Shown here piece by piece: positions 8,344 through 18,278 of a DNA stretch of 64,000 bases. The notes beneath the pieces are model-generated. The model made no database searches and had not been told where the DNA came from. It saw only the letters and a list, made by a program, of their open reading frames with translations. Source of the DNA: a virus; the IMG/VR virus record IMGVR_UViG_3300026382_000012, positions 1-64,000 of that record; one strand, written 5' to 3'. Both the position numbers and the translations under genes were made by a program. The stretch's first letter is position 1. Each line of letters opens with the position of its first letter.

Positions 8344-9735
8344 ATGCAAAACACTAAAGTAAAAGTAAAACATATTGTAGATTATCTTAATGAACATGTT
8401 ATATCTCAGGATGACGCAAAAAGGCAATTAGCAATACTTATTAAGAATAAAGCAAGATATGAAAATATTAAAGAAGAAGATTGGAAGAAAAATATTACTC
8501 CATTTAATGCATTAATTATCGGCCCTACTGGTTCTGGTAAAACAGAACTATTTAGAAAATTGGCAGAATATTTAAATGTAGCATTTTGTAAAGTGGATAT
8601 TTCGGGTTATACTAGATCTGGATATGTTGGCAAGGATGTAGAAGATATTATTAATGTTCATTTATATGAGGCCGCTAAGAGAAAGGCAATAGAAGAATTA
8701 AAAGAAGAGTTAAGAGAAGATATAGAAAATAAGATTATTAAAGAACTGGCAGCTGCATATATAGAAAAACATAAAGATAAATTTACAAACAATAATGCTC
8801 ATAACACAATAGTAGGTTCCATGTTATTTACAGCAGATTCTGAAGATATTGAAAATGTTTTAAATAATATAAAAGAAATAGAAAAACGCATTAAACTTAG
8901 AGATCCCGATATTTTGAAAGAAGAAGTAACTGTAATCAGACAAGTATATAATTTACCTAAAAATGCTATTGTTCCACCGCAGATGAAAGATCAGTTTAGG
9001 GAAGAAAAAGCATTCACAGATACAATTGAAAATCTTCTTAAAGAGCTATTTGAGATTGATATACAGGAAATGGTTAAAGATAGTTCTAAACTAAGAAATA
9101 AGATTAAGGAATTGATGGAAAATGGAATTGTATTCATTGATGAAATTGATAAAATTGCAGGTAAAGATAATACTAGAATTGATACATCAGGAGTCCAAAA
9201 AGAGCTTCTTACATTGGTAGAAGGAACTACAGTTCAAACCGAGATCGGCCCAATTAACACAGATCATATTCTATTTATCGCAGCAGGTGCATTTCATACA
9301 GCAAAACCCTCTGATCTTCTTCCCGAATTATTGGGTAGATTTCCGGTTAGAATTGTATTAAAGAAACTCACAAAAGAAGATCTTAGAAGAATTCTTATCG
9401 AGCCAAAATATGCTATAATTAAGAAAGTTCAAAAGCTTTATGAAACAGATAACATCAAAATAGAATTTACAGATGATGCAATTGATGAAATTGCTGATAT
9501 TGCATGTCAACTTAATACAGAAGACGAAGATCTAGGCGCGAGAAGATTACATACCATTGTACATATGTTACTTGAAGACATAGATTTTGAAATTGAAGAA
9601 GGAAAGCTAGATAAAGAAAATATAGTTATAGATAAAGAATACGTAAGGAATAAGTACCAAGAAAAAGATAAGAAAATTAAAGAATCACTTGAATATCTTG
9701 AAGATAAGACAAGAAAAGTCGGGTTTGTTGTTTAA
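8344..9735 (+). CDS. hslU: HslU (ClpY)-like AAA+ unfoldase with atypical C-terminal KVGFVV tail
   Basis: GPTGSGKTE Walker A, GYVG pore loop, IVFIDEIDKIA Walker B, TDHILFIAAGAFH, PELLGRFPVR, LGARRLHT. Confidence 0.92.
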   Translation: MQNTKVKVKHIVDYLNEHVISQDDAKRQLAILIKNKARYENIKEEDWKKNITPFNALIIGPTGSGKTELFRKLAEYLNVAFCKVDISGYTRSGYVGKDVEDIINVHLYEAAKRKAIEELKEELREDIENKIIKELAAAYIEKHKDKFTNNNAHNTIVGSMLFTADSEDIENVLNNIKEIEKRIKLRDPDILKEEVTVIRQVYNLPKNAIVPPQMKDQFREEKAFTDTIENLLKELFEIDIQEMVKDSSKLRNKIKELMENGIVFIDEIDKIAGKDNTRIDTSGVQKELLTLVEGTTVQTEIGPINTDHILFIAAGAFHTAKPSDLLPELLGRFPVRIVLKKLTKEDLRRILIEPKYAIIKKVQKLYETDNIKIEFTDDAIDEIADIACQLNTEDEDLGARRLHTIVHMLLEDIDFEIEEGKLDKENIVIDKEYVRNKYQEKDKKIKESLEYLEDKTRKVGFVV

Positions 9736-9756
9736 ACTACTTTAAGGGAGGCATTA

Positions 9757-10038
9757 ATGGAGCTATTCCTAGTTATAGACAATACAATATCAAATATTTT
9801 TAATAAATGCATAGTCGGAGTAATGGATATATATTATGTACTTGATTATATTCAAGAGAGAATAAATGACTTTGAAGATTATATTTTAGATGATGAAGAT
9901 TTTATTATGCCCGATTTTGATGAATTAGAAAATGAACTAAGAAATATGCCATTTGGCGATGATATTTGTATTAGATTACCAGGAACCGATGATTATATTG
10001 ATATAATAAAAGTACCTGTGTATAAAGATCAAGATTAA
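9757..10038 (+). CDS. Small acidic hypothetical protein
   Basis: ORF after repeat element and SD; D/E-rich. Confidence 0.65.
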   Translation: MELFLVIDNTISNIFNKCIVGVMDIYYVLDYIQERINDFEDYILDDEDFIMPDFDELENELRNMPFGDDICIRLPGTDDYIDIIKVPVYKDQD

Positions 10039-10056
10039 ACTTTGAAGTGAGAAAAT

Positions 10057-10566
10057 ATGGCAACTATAATTAAAACTAAAGACGTTAATTTTAAATCAAT
10101 AGATATTAATTTAACAGCTGAAGAAAGTATTAAACTATATAACCGTATTAAAAAATATTTAGTGAGAGTAATTAAAATAATATATGGCTCCACTACTATT
10201 AAAAGACCATTTATATTATATGACGGCACAAAATCTTTTGAGCATAATCTAATTTATAATATTCTAAAATCAACTTCTAATAGATCTTATAGATTTAATT
10301 GCTATTCAATGATTTCAGCATTCTATGGTGAACTGAACTGGGTGAAAGTCAAACCATATTTTAAATTAATGAAAAAACTTATACGAGAATTTAATAAAAG
10401 AAAAGATATACATATAGAAATTAGAGGTTATCGTGTATATATACTTTACAAAAGCAAAATGATAAATGAATACATATCATACGGACAACAAGAATATGAA
10501 TATTTAACTGAAGATATTGTTGATGAAGTTGTTAACAGAATTAAATTAACGATTTTATCTAAATAA
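10057..10566 (+). CDS. Hypothetical protein (C-terminal motif family, extended)
   Basis: Ends DEVVNRIKLTILSK. Confidence 0.65.
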   Translation: MATIIKTKDVNFKSIDINLTAEESIKLYNRIKKYLVRVIKIIYGSTTIKRPFILYDGTKSFEHNLIYNILKSTSNRSYRFNCYSMISAFYGELNWVKVKPYFKLMKKLIREFNKRKDIHIEIRGYRVYILYKSKMINEYISYGQQEYEYLTEDIVDEVVNRIKLTILSK

Positions 10567-10599
10567 TCCATACATAAAACTACTTCAAAGGAGGTTAAC

Positions 10600-11802
10600 A
10601 TGATTCAAATGTCGGTTTCTAAGTTTATTAACGTTTATCTTCCTGTTATTGTAAAATATGATTTTGATGTTATTCCTGTCATGGTTGGAAATCCTGGCAT
10701 ATCAAAAACAGCTCAATTGCATCAGCTTTGTGAAAGAATGAATTGGGGTTTGGTACCCGTGCATCTTGCCCTCCGACCAATTGAATCATTGTCAGGTTTA
10801 CCTGAAATCAAAAGATTTGATAATGAATTACATACGGAATGGTCTATGCCAGAAATTATTTCCAAAGCAAATGAATTGGCCAAAAAACATGAAAAAGTTA
10901 TACTATTCTTTGATGATATACATCTTGCTGATAAATCGAGACAAGCATACTTCTTCGAATTAGCGTCCGAAAGGGCGCTGCAAGGACATAAATTAGCAGA
11001 TAATGTTAGAATTGTTTGTGCCGGGAACCCTACTGCAAAGGCCGGCGCAAAAACATTTCTAACAGCAATTATTAACAGATTTACATTTATAGACGTTGGT
11101 ATTACATTAAAAGATTGGCAAGATTGGGTGCTAGATAATACCAATAAATATGCTAAGTTTAATGCTAATATTAATGAGAAAGACATCGAAAGAGTTAGAT
11201 CATATAAAATACATCCGATGGTATTAGGTTTCCTTATGGATAATGATGCAAAACTATCTGAAGGTGAAAATACTTCGCCATTTGCATCTCCAAGATCTTG
11301 GTATTTTATGTCAGAATGGGTGAAAATTTTCGAATTACTATATGGAAATACAAATAATTGGAATGATGATGTTATTTCTGATTTTAGCAATATAGCTAAA
11401 GGTACTATAGGTGCATCGATTGCTACAGAATTTGTCACATTTATTAAATATACGTATGATATTGATATTGAGAAAATTATGAAAGATCCTAAAGAACTAC
11501 TTAAAATACAGGATAAAGAGAAAAGAATTGCCGCATATACACTTACATTGGCTAGGCTAGCAGACCCTAAGAACAGAAAATACTGTGTTAGATTTATAGA
11601 CTTTGCATATTATATCCTTGGAAATAATGGAAAAGCAAAACATTTCGCCACAATTGCAATTTCTGTACTAAAGAATCAGATTATTCCAGCTGCATCGAAA
11701 ACAGTATTTGAAAATGATTATCTGCCGCCTTACGATGGCAGAGGATATAAAGAATTCTTCGATATTCTTACAGAAATTATTAACGATCTTAAATTTGTAT
11801 AA
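10600..11802 (+). CDS. MoxR/dynein-related AAA+ ATPase
   Basis: GNPGISKT Walker A, LFFDDI Walker B, CAGNP, NRF, SPRSW. Confidence 0.85.
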   Translation: MIQMSVSKFINVYLPVIVKYDFDVIPVMVGNPGISKTAQLHQLCERMNWGLVPVHLALRPIESLSGLPEIKRFDNELHTEWSMPEIISKANELAKKHEKVILFFDDIHLADKSRQAYFFELASERALQGHKLADNVRIVCAGNPTAKAGAKTFLTAIINRFTFIDVGITLKDWQDWVLDNTNKYAKFNANINEKDIERVRSYKIHPMVLGFLMDNDAKLSEGENTSPFASPRSWYFMSEWVKIFELLYGNTNNWNDDVISDFSNIAKGTIGASIATEFVTFIKYTYDIDIEKIMKDPKELLKIQDKEKRIAAYTLTLARLADPKNRKYCVRFIDFAYYILGNNGKAKHFATIAISVLKNQIIPAASKTVFENDYLPPYDGRGYKEFFDILTEIINDLKFV

Positions 11803-11806
11803 ACTG

Positions 11807-11828
11807 ATTGGGGCGGTCGCGCCCCAAT
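11807..11828 (+). terminator. GC hairpin between MoxR and VWA genes
   Basis: ATTGGGGCG-GTCG-CGCCCCAAT; weak U-tract, so possibly a stability or processing hairpin. Confidence 0.45.
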
Positions 11829-11850
11829 TAACTACTTTAAAGGAGGCATA

Positions 11851-13377
11851 ATGGAAAAGAAAAAACTAACAAATGAAGATTGGTCAACAATAGTAACAAA
11901 CCTAATATACTTCGATAAAAATAGCGTATTATATCCATTTCTTAGGGCTCTACAAGGGTTTATTTTAATGCTAGAACATGATATTGAAATTTCCGATGAG
12001 AAAGAAATCTCTGACTTATATATCGAATATAATAATGGCAATATTATTGTCAAAGGAACTTTAGCTGAAATTTCTGATAAGAATGAGAGAATTAAACAAT
12101 GGACATTTGATGTGGCACATACAATATTTATGTATATAAATAGACAGCCGCAAAGAGGAAAAAATAAAATCGCGCAGTTATGGTTTAAATCGCTATGTAA
12201 ATTAAATAACGATTTATATGGTTTGTCATATCCGAAAATATATTATAAATTGTTTGAAGATGCTGACACGATTATAAACAAAGTAAAAGAAAAAGTAAAG
12301 AATTATAGCTATTCTGAGGAAGAAAATTATAAAATTTTAAAATCTATGCATAAATCATTTAATAATTCATTAAATAATTTTCTACAAGAACTATCACAAG
12401 TTATACAACAATTGAATCAAATGATGTCATCTACCAATAGTAGAAGCACAAAATCTAAACTAACAAACCTCAAGAATAAATTAGAAAAGATTCGTGATGA
12501 TCTTACAAATAAGGGATATGCAGACAATAATGATATTGAACAATCCAAAGATTTAAATAATTCAACACCTAATAAAACGTTAAAGAAAAAAATTGATGAT
12601 CTTTTAAATAAGTTACAAAAATCCGAGTTTAACAGTAAAAATATACCAATTAATTGGTATGAAAATTCAGCTAATGATGAACAAGGAAATGAGAATAGTG
12701 ATAAAGTAACTAATATTATACATAGATCGTTAAGAGCTTCATTTGAAAAATTGAAAGGAGAATTGCCTGGGCATATTATTGATAAGTTAAGAAAATTATT
12801 AAAGATAGAACTTGATTGGAGTGAAATTCTATCGCGCGCTTTAAATACATTTTTAGAAAAATCACAAGCTAAAAAATGGAACTATCCAAACATCTATTAT
12901 AGACACATTAGATACTTACCATCAGATGATTTTGAAGAATCAATACATAACATAACATGTTTTGTAGATACTTCTGGATCTATGTCTGATGAAGAACTAG
13001 AGAAAATTTTTGGTATCATATACGATCTTATAGAGAAAAATAATATCAAAACGATTACCATTATACAACATGACTATGAATTACAACATTATGAATTAAT
13101 CGATGCAGAAGACATTGCCGATGAAAAAGATTTACTGAATAAAATTAAAATATATGGTAGAGGTGGCACATCTCATATAAGACCTTGGAAGAAATTCGAA
13201 GAATTAATGGAAATGGAAGAACTACCATTTCCAGATTTGGTAATATTTATGTCAGATTTCTTTTCAGATTTTGAAGAGTTGTATAACGAAATTAAAAATG
13301 ATTATGAATGTTTCTGTATTACAACAGATAAGAAACCAGCAATTAACGATAAATCAAGAATTATTAAGATTAGATAA
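11851..13377 (+). CDS. VWA-domain protein (DUF2201-like), MoxR partner
   Basis: MIDAS DTSGSMS, GRGGTS, FMSD; LDWSEIL and YLPS motifs. Confidence 0.85.
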   Translation: MEKKKLTNEDWSTIVTNLIYFDKNSVLYPFLRALQGFILMLEHDIEISDEKEISDLYIEYNNGNIIVKGTLAEISDKNERIKQWTFDVAHTIFMYINRQPQRGKNKIAQLWFKSLCKLNNDLYGLSYPKIYYKLFEDADTIINKVKEKVKNYSYSEEENYKILKSMHKSFNNSLNNFLQELSQVIQQLNQMMSSTNSRSTKSKLTNLKNKLEKIRDDLTNKGYADNNDIEQSKDLNNSTPNKTLKKKIDDLLNKLQKSEFNSKNIPINWYENSANDEQGNENSDKVTNIIHRSLRASFEKLKGELPGHIIDKLRKLLKIELDWSEILSRALNTFLEKSQAKKWNYPNIYYRHIRYLPSDDFEESIHNITCFVDTSGSMSDEELEKIFGIIYDLIEKNNIKTITIIQHDYELQHYELIDAEDIADEKDLLNKIKIYGRGGTSHIRPWKKFEELMEMEELPFPDLVIFMSDFFSDFEELYNEIKNDYECFCITTDKKPAINDKSRIIKIR

Positions 13378-13585
13378 GTTATTTGGTGCTTAAAGTCTTA
13401 GAGCAAGAAAGAGAGATAATCAGATATTTAAATGGTTTAAAGAAGTTTTAGTTCAAACTGACGCGATGGTCGTAATCCCTGGTACTTTGCAAGGAGGATT
13501 TAAAGTAAAATTCAGAGACGATCTAGTCCAGAAATGTAGATATTAATGTTTTGTTATTAGTTAGAAACAAGAAAGAGAGGTAACC

Positions 13586-14005
13586 ATGAAGAAAAGATAT
13601 TTTGTCTGCCCAGATTGTGGTTTAGTAGATAATGTAGAAATGCACGGTTATACAATTACCACTTTTTACATAAGATTTTCTGGAAATGATTATGATTGGG
13701 ATGCATATGAAGAAGATTCAAGTAATAATAGTATGAATATACATACTATTTTATGTCCTAATTGCTATAATGAAATAGCCGAAGGTCTAGACATAGCATC
13801 AGATGATTATGATACAATCTATAAATATCAAATTATTGTAGATACCAAAAATAATAAAATTGAAATAGGCGAATTTGCAAAAGAATTATTAATTGAATAC
13901 GTAACTAATAATGTATTTTTACCTGAAGAATTTAGTAACAAAAATGAATTTACAGATGAAGATCTGGTAAACATAGTTAAATTAATTTTGCTAGAAGAAA
14001 AATAA
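13586..14005 (+). CDS. Zinc-ribbon hypothetical protein, paralog of 7941..8321
   Basis: CPDC...DWD...CPNC...IGEFAK. Confidence 0.7.
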   Translation: MKKRYFVCPDCGLVDNVEMHGYTITTFYIRFSGNDYDWDAYEEDSSNNSMNIHTILCPNCYNEIAEGLDIASDDYDTIYKYQIIVDTKNNKIEIGEFAKELLIEYVTNNVFLPEEFSNKNEFTDEDLVNIVKLILLEEK

Positions 14006-14025
14006 CTACTTTAAAGGAGGGTTTC

Positions 14026-14352
14026 ATGTCTACGCCTTGTAAAATTGTTTTGAAAAAAGATAATCGTAAATATATTACTTATTATTCTTCGGACGGCTAT
14101 CCAAATGAAATATTACCTATGTTAATAAATCTAAACGAATTAGAGCCAGACGAATATCCGGTATACGATGAACACAATGATCCATATTTTGATTTTGATT
14201 TTCTTTATGTAATAGAAGACGATAAAATCAAAGTATTTAATCCAAATGTAGCAGATGCTATTTACGATAGAAGTACTGGTGGATTAATAGAACTAATTCC
14301 ATATGATGATGACGATGAGTATGTAGAATCAATATATCCGAAAAAAGTATAA
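14026..14352 (+). CDS. Acidic hypothetical protein
   Basis: MST...SDGYP start, a pattern seen in small phage proteins. Confidence 0.65.
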   Translation: MSTPCKIVLKKDNRKYITYYSSDGYPNEILPMLINLNELEPDEYPVYDEHNDPYFDFDFLYVIEDDKIKVFNPNVADAIYDRSTGGLIELIPYDDDDEYVESIYPKKV

Positions 14353-14382
14353 TCTGCTTAATAAAAAGTAAAGGAGGAATTC

Positions 14383-14961
14383 TTGGTACCCATAGTAATA
14401 GAACAGAGCAACGGTTATGAAAGAGCATACGATATTTATTCTAGATTGCTAAAAGATAGAATAGTTTTTATCGGCACGCCCATAGATGATACAGTAGCAA
14501 ATACAGTTATAGCTCAATTGCTATTTCTAGAATCACAAAAAGATGATGAAGATATTTATCTTTATATAAATAGCCCTGGTGGTGTTGTTACTGCCGGGCT
14601 TGCTATATACGATACTATGCAATTTATTAAACCAGACGTAGTAACTATTTGTATTGGACAAGCTGCTAGTATGGCAGCAGTATTATTAGCAGCAGGAACA
14701 AAAGGCAAAAGATTTTCATTACCGCATTCAAGAATAATGATACATCAACCGATTGGCGGCATACAAGGACAAGCTACAGACATAGAAATACATGCTAAAG
14801 AAATTTTAAGAATTAAACAAACATTAAATGAAATACTTTCCAAACATACAAATCAGCCTATTGAAAAAATAGAACAAGATACAGATAGAGATAATTTTAT
14901 GACTGCTGAAGAAGCATTAAAGTATGGTATAATTGATAAAATTATTGAAAAAAAATCTTAG
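14383..14961 (+). CDS. clpP: ATP-dependent Clp protease proteolytic subunit
   Basis: [22 protein letters not shown] (Ser), IHQP (His), DRD (Asp); intact triad. Confidence 0.97.
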   Translation: MVPIVIEQSNGYERAYDIYSRLLKDRIVFIGTPIDDTVANTVIAQLLFLESQKDDEDIYLYINSPGGVVTAGLAIYDTMQFIKPDVVTICIGQAASMAAVLLAAGTKGKRFSLPHSRIMIHQPIGGIQGQATDIEIHAKEILRIKQTLNEILSKHTNQPIEKIEQDTDRDNFMTAEEALKYGIIDKIIEKKS

Positions 14962-14996
14962 TTTTTCTAAAAAACTACTTTCAAGGAGGTACTGAT

Positions 14997-15386
14997 ATGA
15001 ACAAAGAAATAATTAAAGAAAAAGCTGAATATGTGTTGAAAACTTCAGTTGAAGTACTCAAAAAACATTATGTAAATATTCTTATTTATCTCGTTCCAGT
15101 TTTAGTATTTGTATATCTTCAATTGAAGATTAATTGGTTTATAGTTAGTTTAATTATTCCAGTATTTGCGTATTTCACAAAAAGGACAGATATTAGCAGA
15201 ATTCTAGTTGTTTCTTATCTTGCAGCGTATTTTAGTTATTGGTTGCTTGGTTATCAAATGTCTGCTGCGTTTCAAACAAACCAAGCAAGTAATCTAGTAT
15301 TGGATTTAATTATGGTGTTTATTTATACATCTGCATTGGAATTATTTAATGCTTGGATCGATTCAAAAAGAAAAGATAGGGAATAG
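14997..15386 (+). CDS. Multi-pass membrane protein
   Basis: 3-4 hydrophobic segments. Confidence 0.7.
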   Translation: MNKEIIKEKAEYVLKTSVEVLKKHYVNILIYLVPVLVFVYLQLKINWFIVSLIIPVFAYFTKRTDISRILVVSYLAAYFSYWLLGYQMSAAFQTNQASNLVLDLIMVFIYTSALELFNAWIDSKRKDRE

Positions 15387-15482
15387 ATTAAATATTATCC
15401 CAAAAATACTAGTTTAAAAACTAATACGCAGACTTGTATTTATAGCTGACTTAGTCTATGCTCTTATTTTTTTATCAAATTT

Positions 15483-15496
15483 ATATAGATATTATT
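15483..15496 (+). promoter_or_regulatory. Putative phage promoter ATATAGATATTAT
   Basis: Exact intergenic copy. Confidence 0.55.
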
Positions 15497-15542
15497 AAAT
15501 AAGCAAATATTTTTGTTAAACCACTTTAAAGGAGGAAGAATC

Positions 15543-16025
15543 ATGAAAAGATTGGTTGTCTTATTAGTAATGATTTTATTTTCTGTGATTAATGTAAATG
15601 CAGCAGATGAAAGAGCAATTAATGCATGTGTTAATTTCACTAAAACAACGTATATAGACTTAATAACACAATACATTAAAGATTATAGAAGATACTTGTA
15701 TGAAAGTATTGGATTTGTATCTACAGCACCCATTTATAAAGATTTAAATATAGTTCTGAATAGTACTAAAAAAGACGATTTAAAAATTGATATTGGTGAT
15801 AAATATAGCAGTGATATAGATCTATGGTTATGTTGTGTTGATTTCCATATTGGAAGATTTGTGAAAATGCTGCCTACATACAAAGAATGCGTTAAAGAAG
15901 CGGGTAGAACATGTGAAATTGTGACAGAAAGATGGTTAAAAGGACAAACAGGATTACATTTTTGTGGATATGTAGATCTAGAAGGAAATCCGGGAACTGG
16001 ACATTATAATTATTTTGAGTGGTAA
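15543..16025 (+). CDS. Exported Cys-containing hypothetical protein
   Basis: Signal peptide MKRLVVLLVMILFSVINVNA; six Cys; start set by element/SD at 15519. Confidence 0.7.
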   Translation: MKRLVVLLVMILFSVINVNAADERAINACVNFTKTTYIDLITQYIKDYRRYLYESIGFVSTAPIYKDLNIVLNSTKKDDLKIDIGDKYSSDIDLWLCCVDFHIGRFVKMLPTYKECVKEAGRTCEIVTERWLKGQTGLHFCGYVDLEGNPGTGHYNYFEW

Positions 16026-16046
16026 ATAAAAAAAGAGAGAGAGGTT

Positions 16047-16811
16047 ATGAAAATGTCAAAGAAAGTTGCGATTGTTTATTCGGGCGGATTAGATTCTTTA
16101 GTAACAGCACATTTATATCATTCATTACAATATGATGTAACATTAATACATTATACATATGGCCAATATGCACAGAATTTTGAATTAGAATATACTAAAA
16201 AATATGCTGATTATATCAAGGCAAAATTAGAAATCATAGATGCCAAAAAAATATTTGAACCGTTTAGTGAAATATCTACATTATTAAATAAAGAAAGAAA
16301 TGAAGATGAATTAAGAGAAGCAGAATCTGATAGTAACTATGTTCCTATGAGAAATTTGATATTGATTTCTTATTCGGCCGCTATTTGTGAAAAATTAGGA
16401 ATAAATAAATTAGCATATGGTGCTAATGTAACTGAATCAGGAAATTATCCAGATAATTCAGTTAGATTTTTTGAGAATTTAAAATCTACATTAAAAACAT
16501 CTGGCAAACAAGGATTTAAGTTAGAATTGCGGGCGCCGTTAATAAATTTAACTAAAACAGAAATAGTTAAATTAGGTTATTATTTCGATGCTCCGTTTGA
16601 GCTATCATTATCATGTTATTATCCAACTGAGGATGGTAAACATTGTGGTAAATGTGGTTCATGTTTATTAAGAATTAATGCATTTAAAAGAGCTAATATA
16701 AAAGATCCTGCTATGAATGATATAGATGATGAAACTAAAGAATTAAAATATATTGACAAATTACAGTTAAAAGAAGAAGTAGAAAGACTTCTTAAATATA
16801 TCGAAGTTTAA
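16047..16811 (+). CDS. queC: QueC 7-cyano-7-deazaguanine synthase (Gat-QueC-type domain)
   Basis: SGGLDS, YGQ, VPMRN, YPDN, SCY...HCGKCGSC. Confidence 0.93.
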   Translation: MKMSKKVAIVYSGGLDSLVTAHLYHSLQYDVTLIHYTYGQYAQNFELEYTKKYADYIKAKLEIIDAKKIFEPFSEISTLLNKERNEDELREAESDSNYVPMRNLILISYSAAICEKLGINKLAYGANVTESGNYPDNSVRFFENLKSTLKTSGKQGFKLELRAPLINLTKTEIVKLGYYFDAPFELSLSCYYPTEDGKHCGKCGSCLLRINAFKRANIKDPAMNDIDDETKELKYIDKLQLKEEVERLLKYIEV

Positions 16812-17155
16812 TGGAGTTTAATGTGATCTCTAAACGATATTGTTTTATTAAATCAATAGTATTTTATTGTCCTAAATGTAAAAAGATTTACGAATATAAA
16901 ACCGTTCGGTATGAATTACCTGGCTTGATATCTGTGAAACATACGATATCAAACACAGTTAGAAGATCAGAAATTATTTCTTTCAATGCCGAAAAGAAAA
17001 CAATTATTCTTAAATCCGAAGAAAGTTATATCATAGATGATACTGGTATTCTATTACAACCAATATGTCCAAAATGTAAAACAAATTCAGAAAAAAATAT
17101 TATAATTGCAATGAATGATGAAACTTTTCAATATATTCTAAAAGAACTACTTTAA
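16811..17155 (+). CDS. Zinc-ribbon hypothetical protein
   Basis: Two CPKC motifs. Confidence 0.65.
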   Translation: MEFNVISKRYCFIKSIVFYCPKCKKIYEYKTVRYELPGLISVKHTISNTVRRSEIISFNAEKKTIILKSEESYIIDDTGILLQPICPKCKTNSEKNIIIAMNDETFQYILKELL

Positions 17156-17168
17156 AGGAAGGTATAAA

Positions 17169-17540
17169 ATGTATGCTGCGCTTTTAGTCACACCCGATGG
17201 TGACTATGTAATCACATACGAATCTAAAACAAAAGATGAAGTTATAGAAAAACTAATCAATCGCGGCAGTAATTGGCATTTTTATCCAATTGAATTTATT
17301 AAATATCCATTTAATCCAAATGGATATATTGTTGATCATCCCTATGGTACACTAGGCTGGCCAGATAGGAAAATAAAAATTAAGAAAGTATTAGATGCTT
17401 TTAAAAAAGCATCTAAATTTTTAGAAGAAAATAATCTTGAGATAAATGATCTTAACGATTACATTGAGCTTGTTGCTGGGTTTCTAAACAAAAGGAGAGT
17501 TAGTAATGTGTACAATAATCGGTGCGAAAATAGACGTTAA
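17169..17540 (+). CDS. Hypothetical protein
   Basis: ORF after repeat element. Confidence 0.6.
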   Translation: MYAALLVTPDGDYVITYESKTKDEVIEKLINRGSNWHFYPIEFIKYPFNPNGYIVDHPYGTLGWPDRKIKIKKVLDAFKKASKFLEENNLEINDLNDYIELVAGFLNKRRVSNVYNNRCENRR

Positions 17541-18237
17541 AAATATAACAGTCAATGAACTAAACTACATTTCTGATTATATTAAAAATAATATATCAGT
17601 TAGAGGTAGAGATGGTTATGGATTAGAGATTATAACTGATAATATATACATGGATGAATATAGTATAAAAACAAAATCATATATAGAATTTAAGAATCAT
17701 TTCACACGTGTATTAGATTATGCTATAAATGATACAAATGAATATTTAACAATATTAACACAATCTAGAGCAATTCCTGAAACTGAAGATAATGTAAATA
17801 TAAACGAATATCAGCCTATAGTCTCTAGCAAACAGAAATTTATAGTATGTCATAATGGATTGATTTATAATGATAAAGAACTCGCGGCGCAATATAAACT
17901 AAAAATCAACTATGACTCACAAATAATTCCTGAACTATTAGGAATTAATTTTTCAAAATTCAAAGACTCTAGTACTAGATTAATCGATACCTTAGCCAAC
18001 ACATATAAAGAATTAAAAGGATCCTTTTCATGTATTATAGGCATTTGTAATGAAAACAAAGATTTATTTAAAAGAAGTATATCGTTTATGGTAAATTACC
18101 AACCTTTATATTATATCAAAGGCTGCAATTTTATAATATTCACTAATATTAAAACAGTGGATTGTATTGAAATAGAACCATATAGTGTGGGATTTTATGA
18201 TTTGAGAAATAAAAAATTAATTACAAATCAATTATAA
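17506..18237 (+). CDS. Class II (Ntn) glutamine amidotransferase, Gat domain of Gat-QueC type
   Basis: N-terminal M-C, RGRDGYG, SRAIPETE, QP, HNGLIYND, DS, GSFS. Confidence 0.85.
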   Translation: MCTIIGAKIDVKNITVNELNYISDYIKNNISVRGRDGYGLEIITDNIYMDEYSIKTKSYIEFKNHFTRVLDYAINDTNEYLTILTQSRAIPETEDNVNINEYQPIVSSKQKFIVCHNGLIYNDKELAAQYKLKINYDSQIIPELLGINFSKFKDSSTRLIDTLANTYKELKGSFSCIIGICNENKDLFKRSISFMVNYQPLYYIKGCNFIIFTNIKTVDCIEIEPYSVGFYDLRNKKLITNQL

Positions 18238-18278
18238 ACATTGTTCTCAAGAAACCAAATCAATTGGAAGCGGAATAA

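Noticed and set aside
10722-11438. Long antisense ORFs (also 24241..24570, 59453..59821, 60499..60816 and other short overlaps in the track)
   Set aside because: Shadows of well-supported genes on the opposite strand, with no SD or motifs
13378-13585. Intergenic gap with CAAGAAAGAGAG twice as an ncRNA
   Set aside because: No convincing structure; looks like a gene remnant with a duplicated SD region
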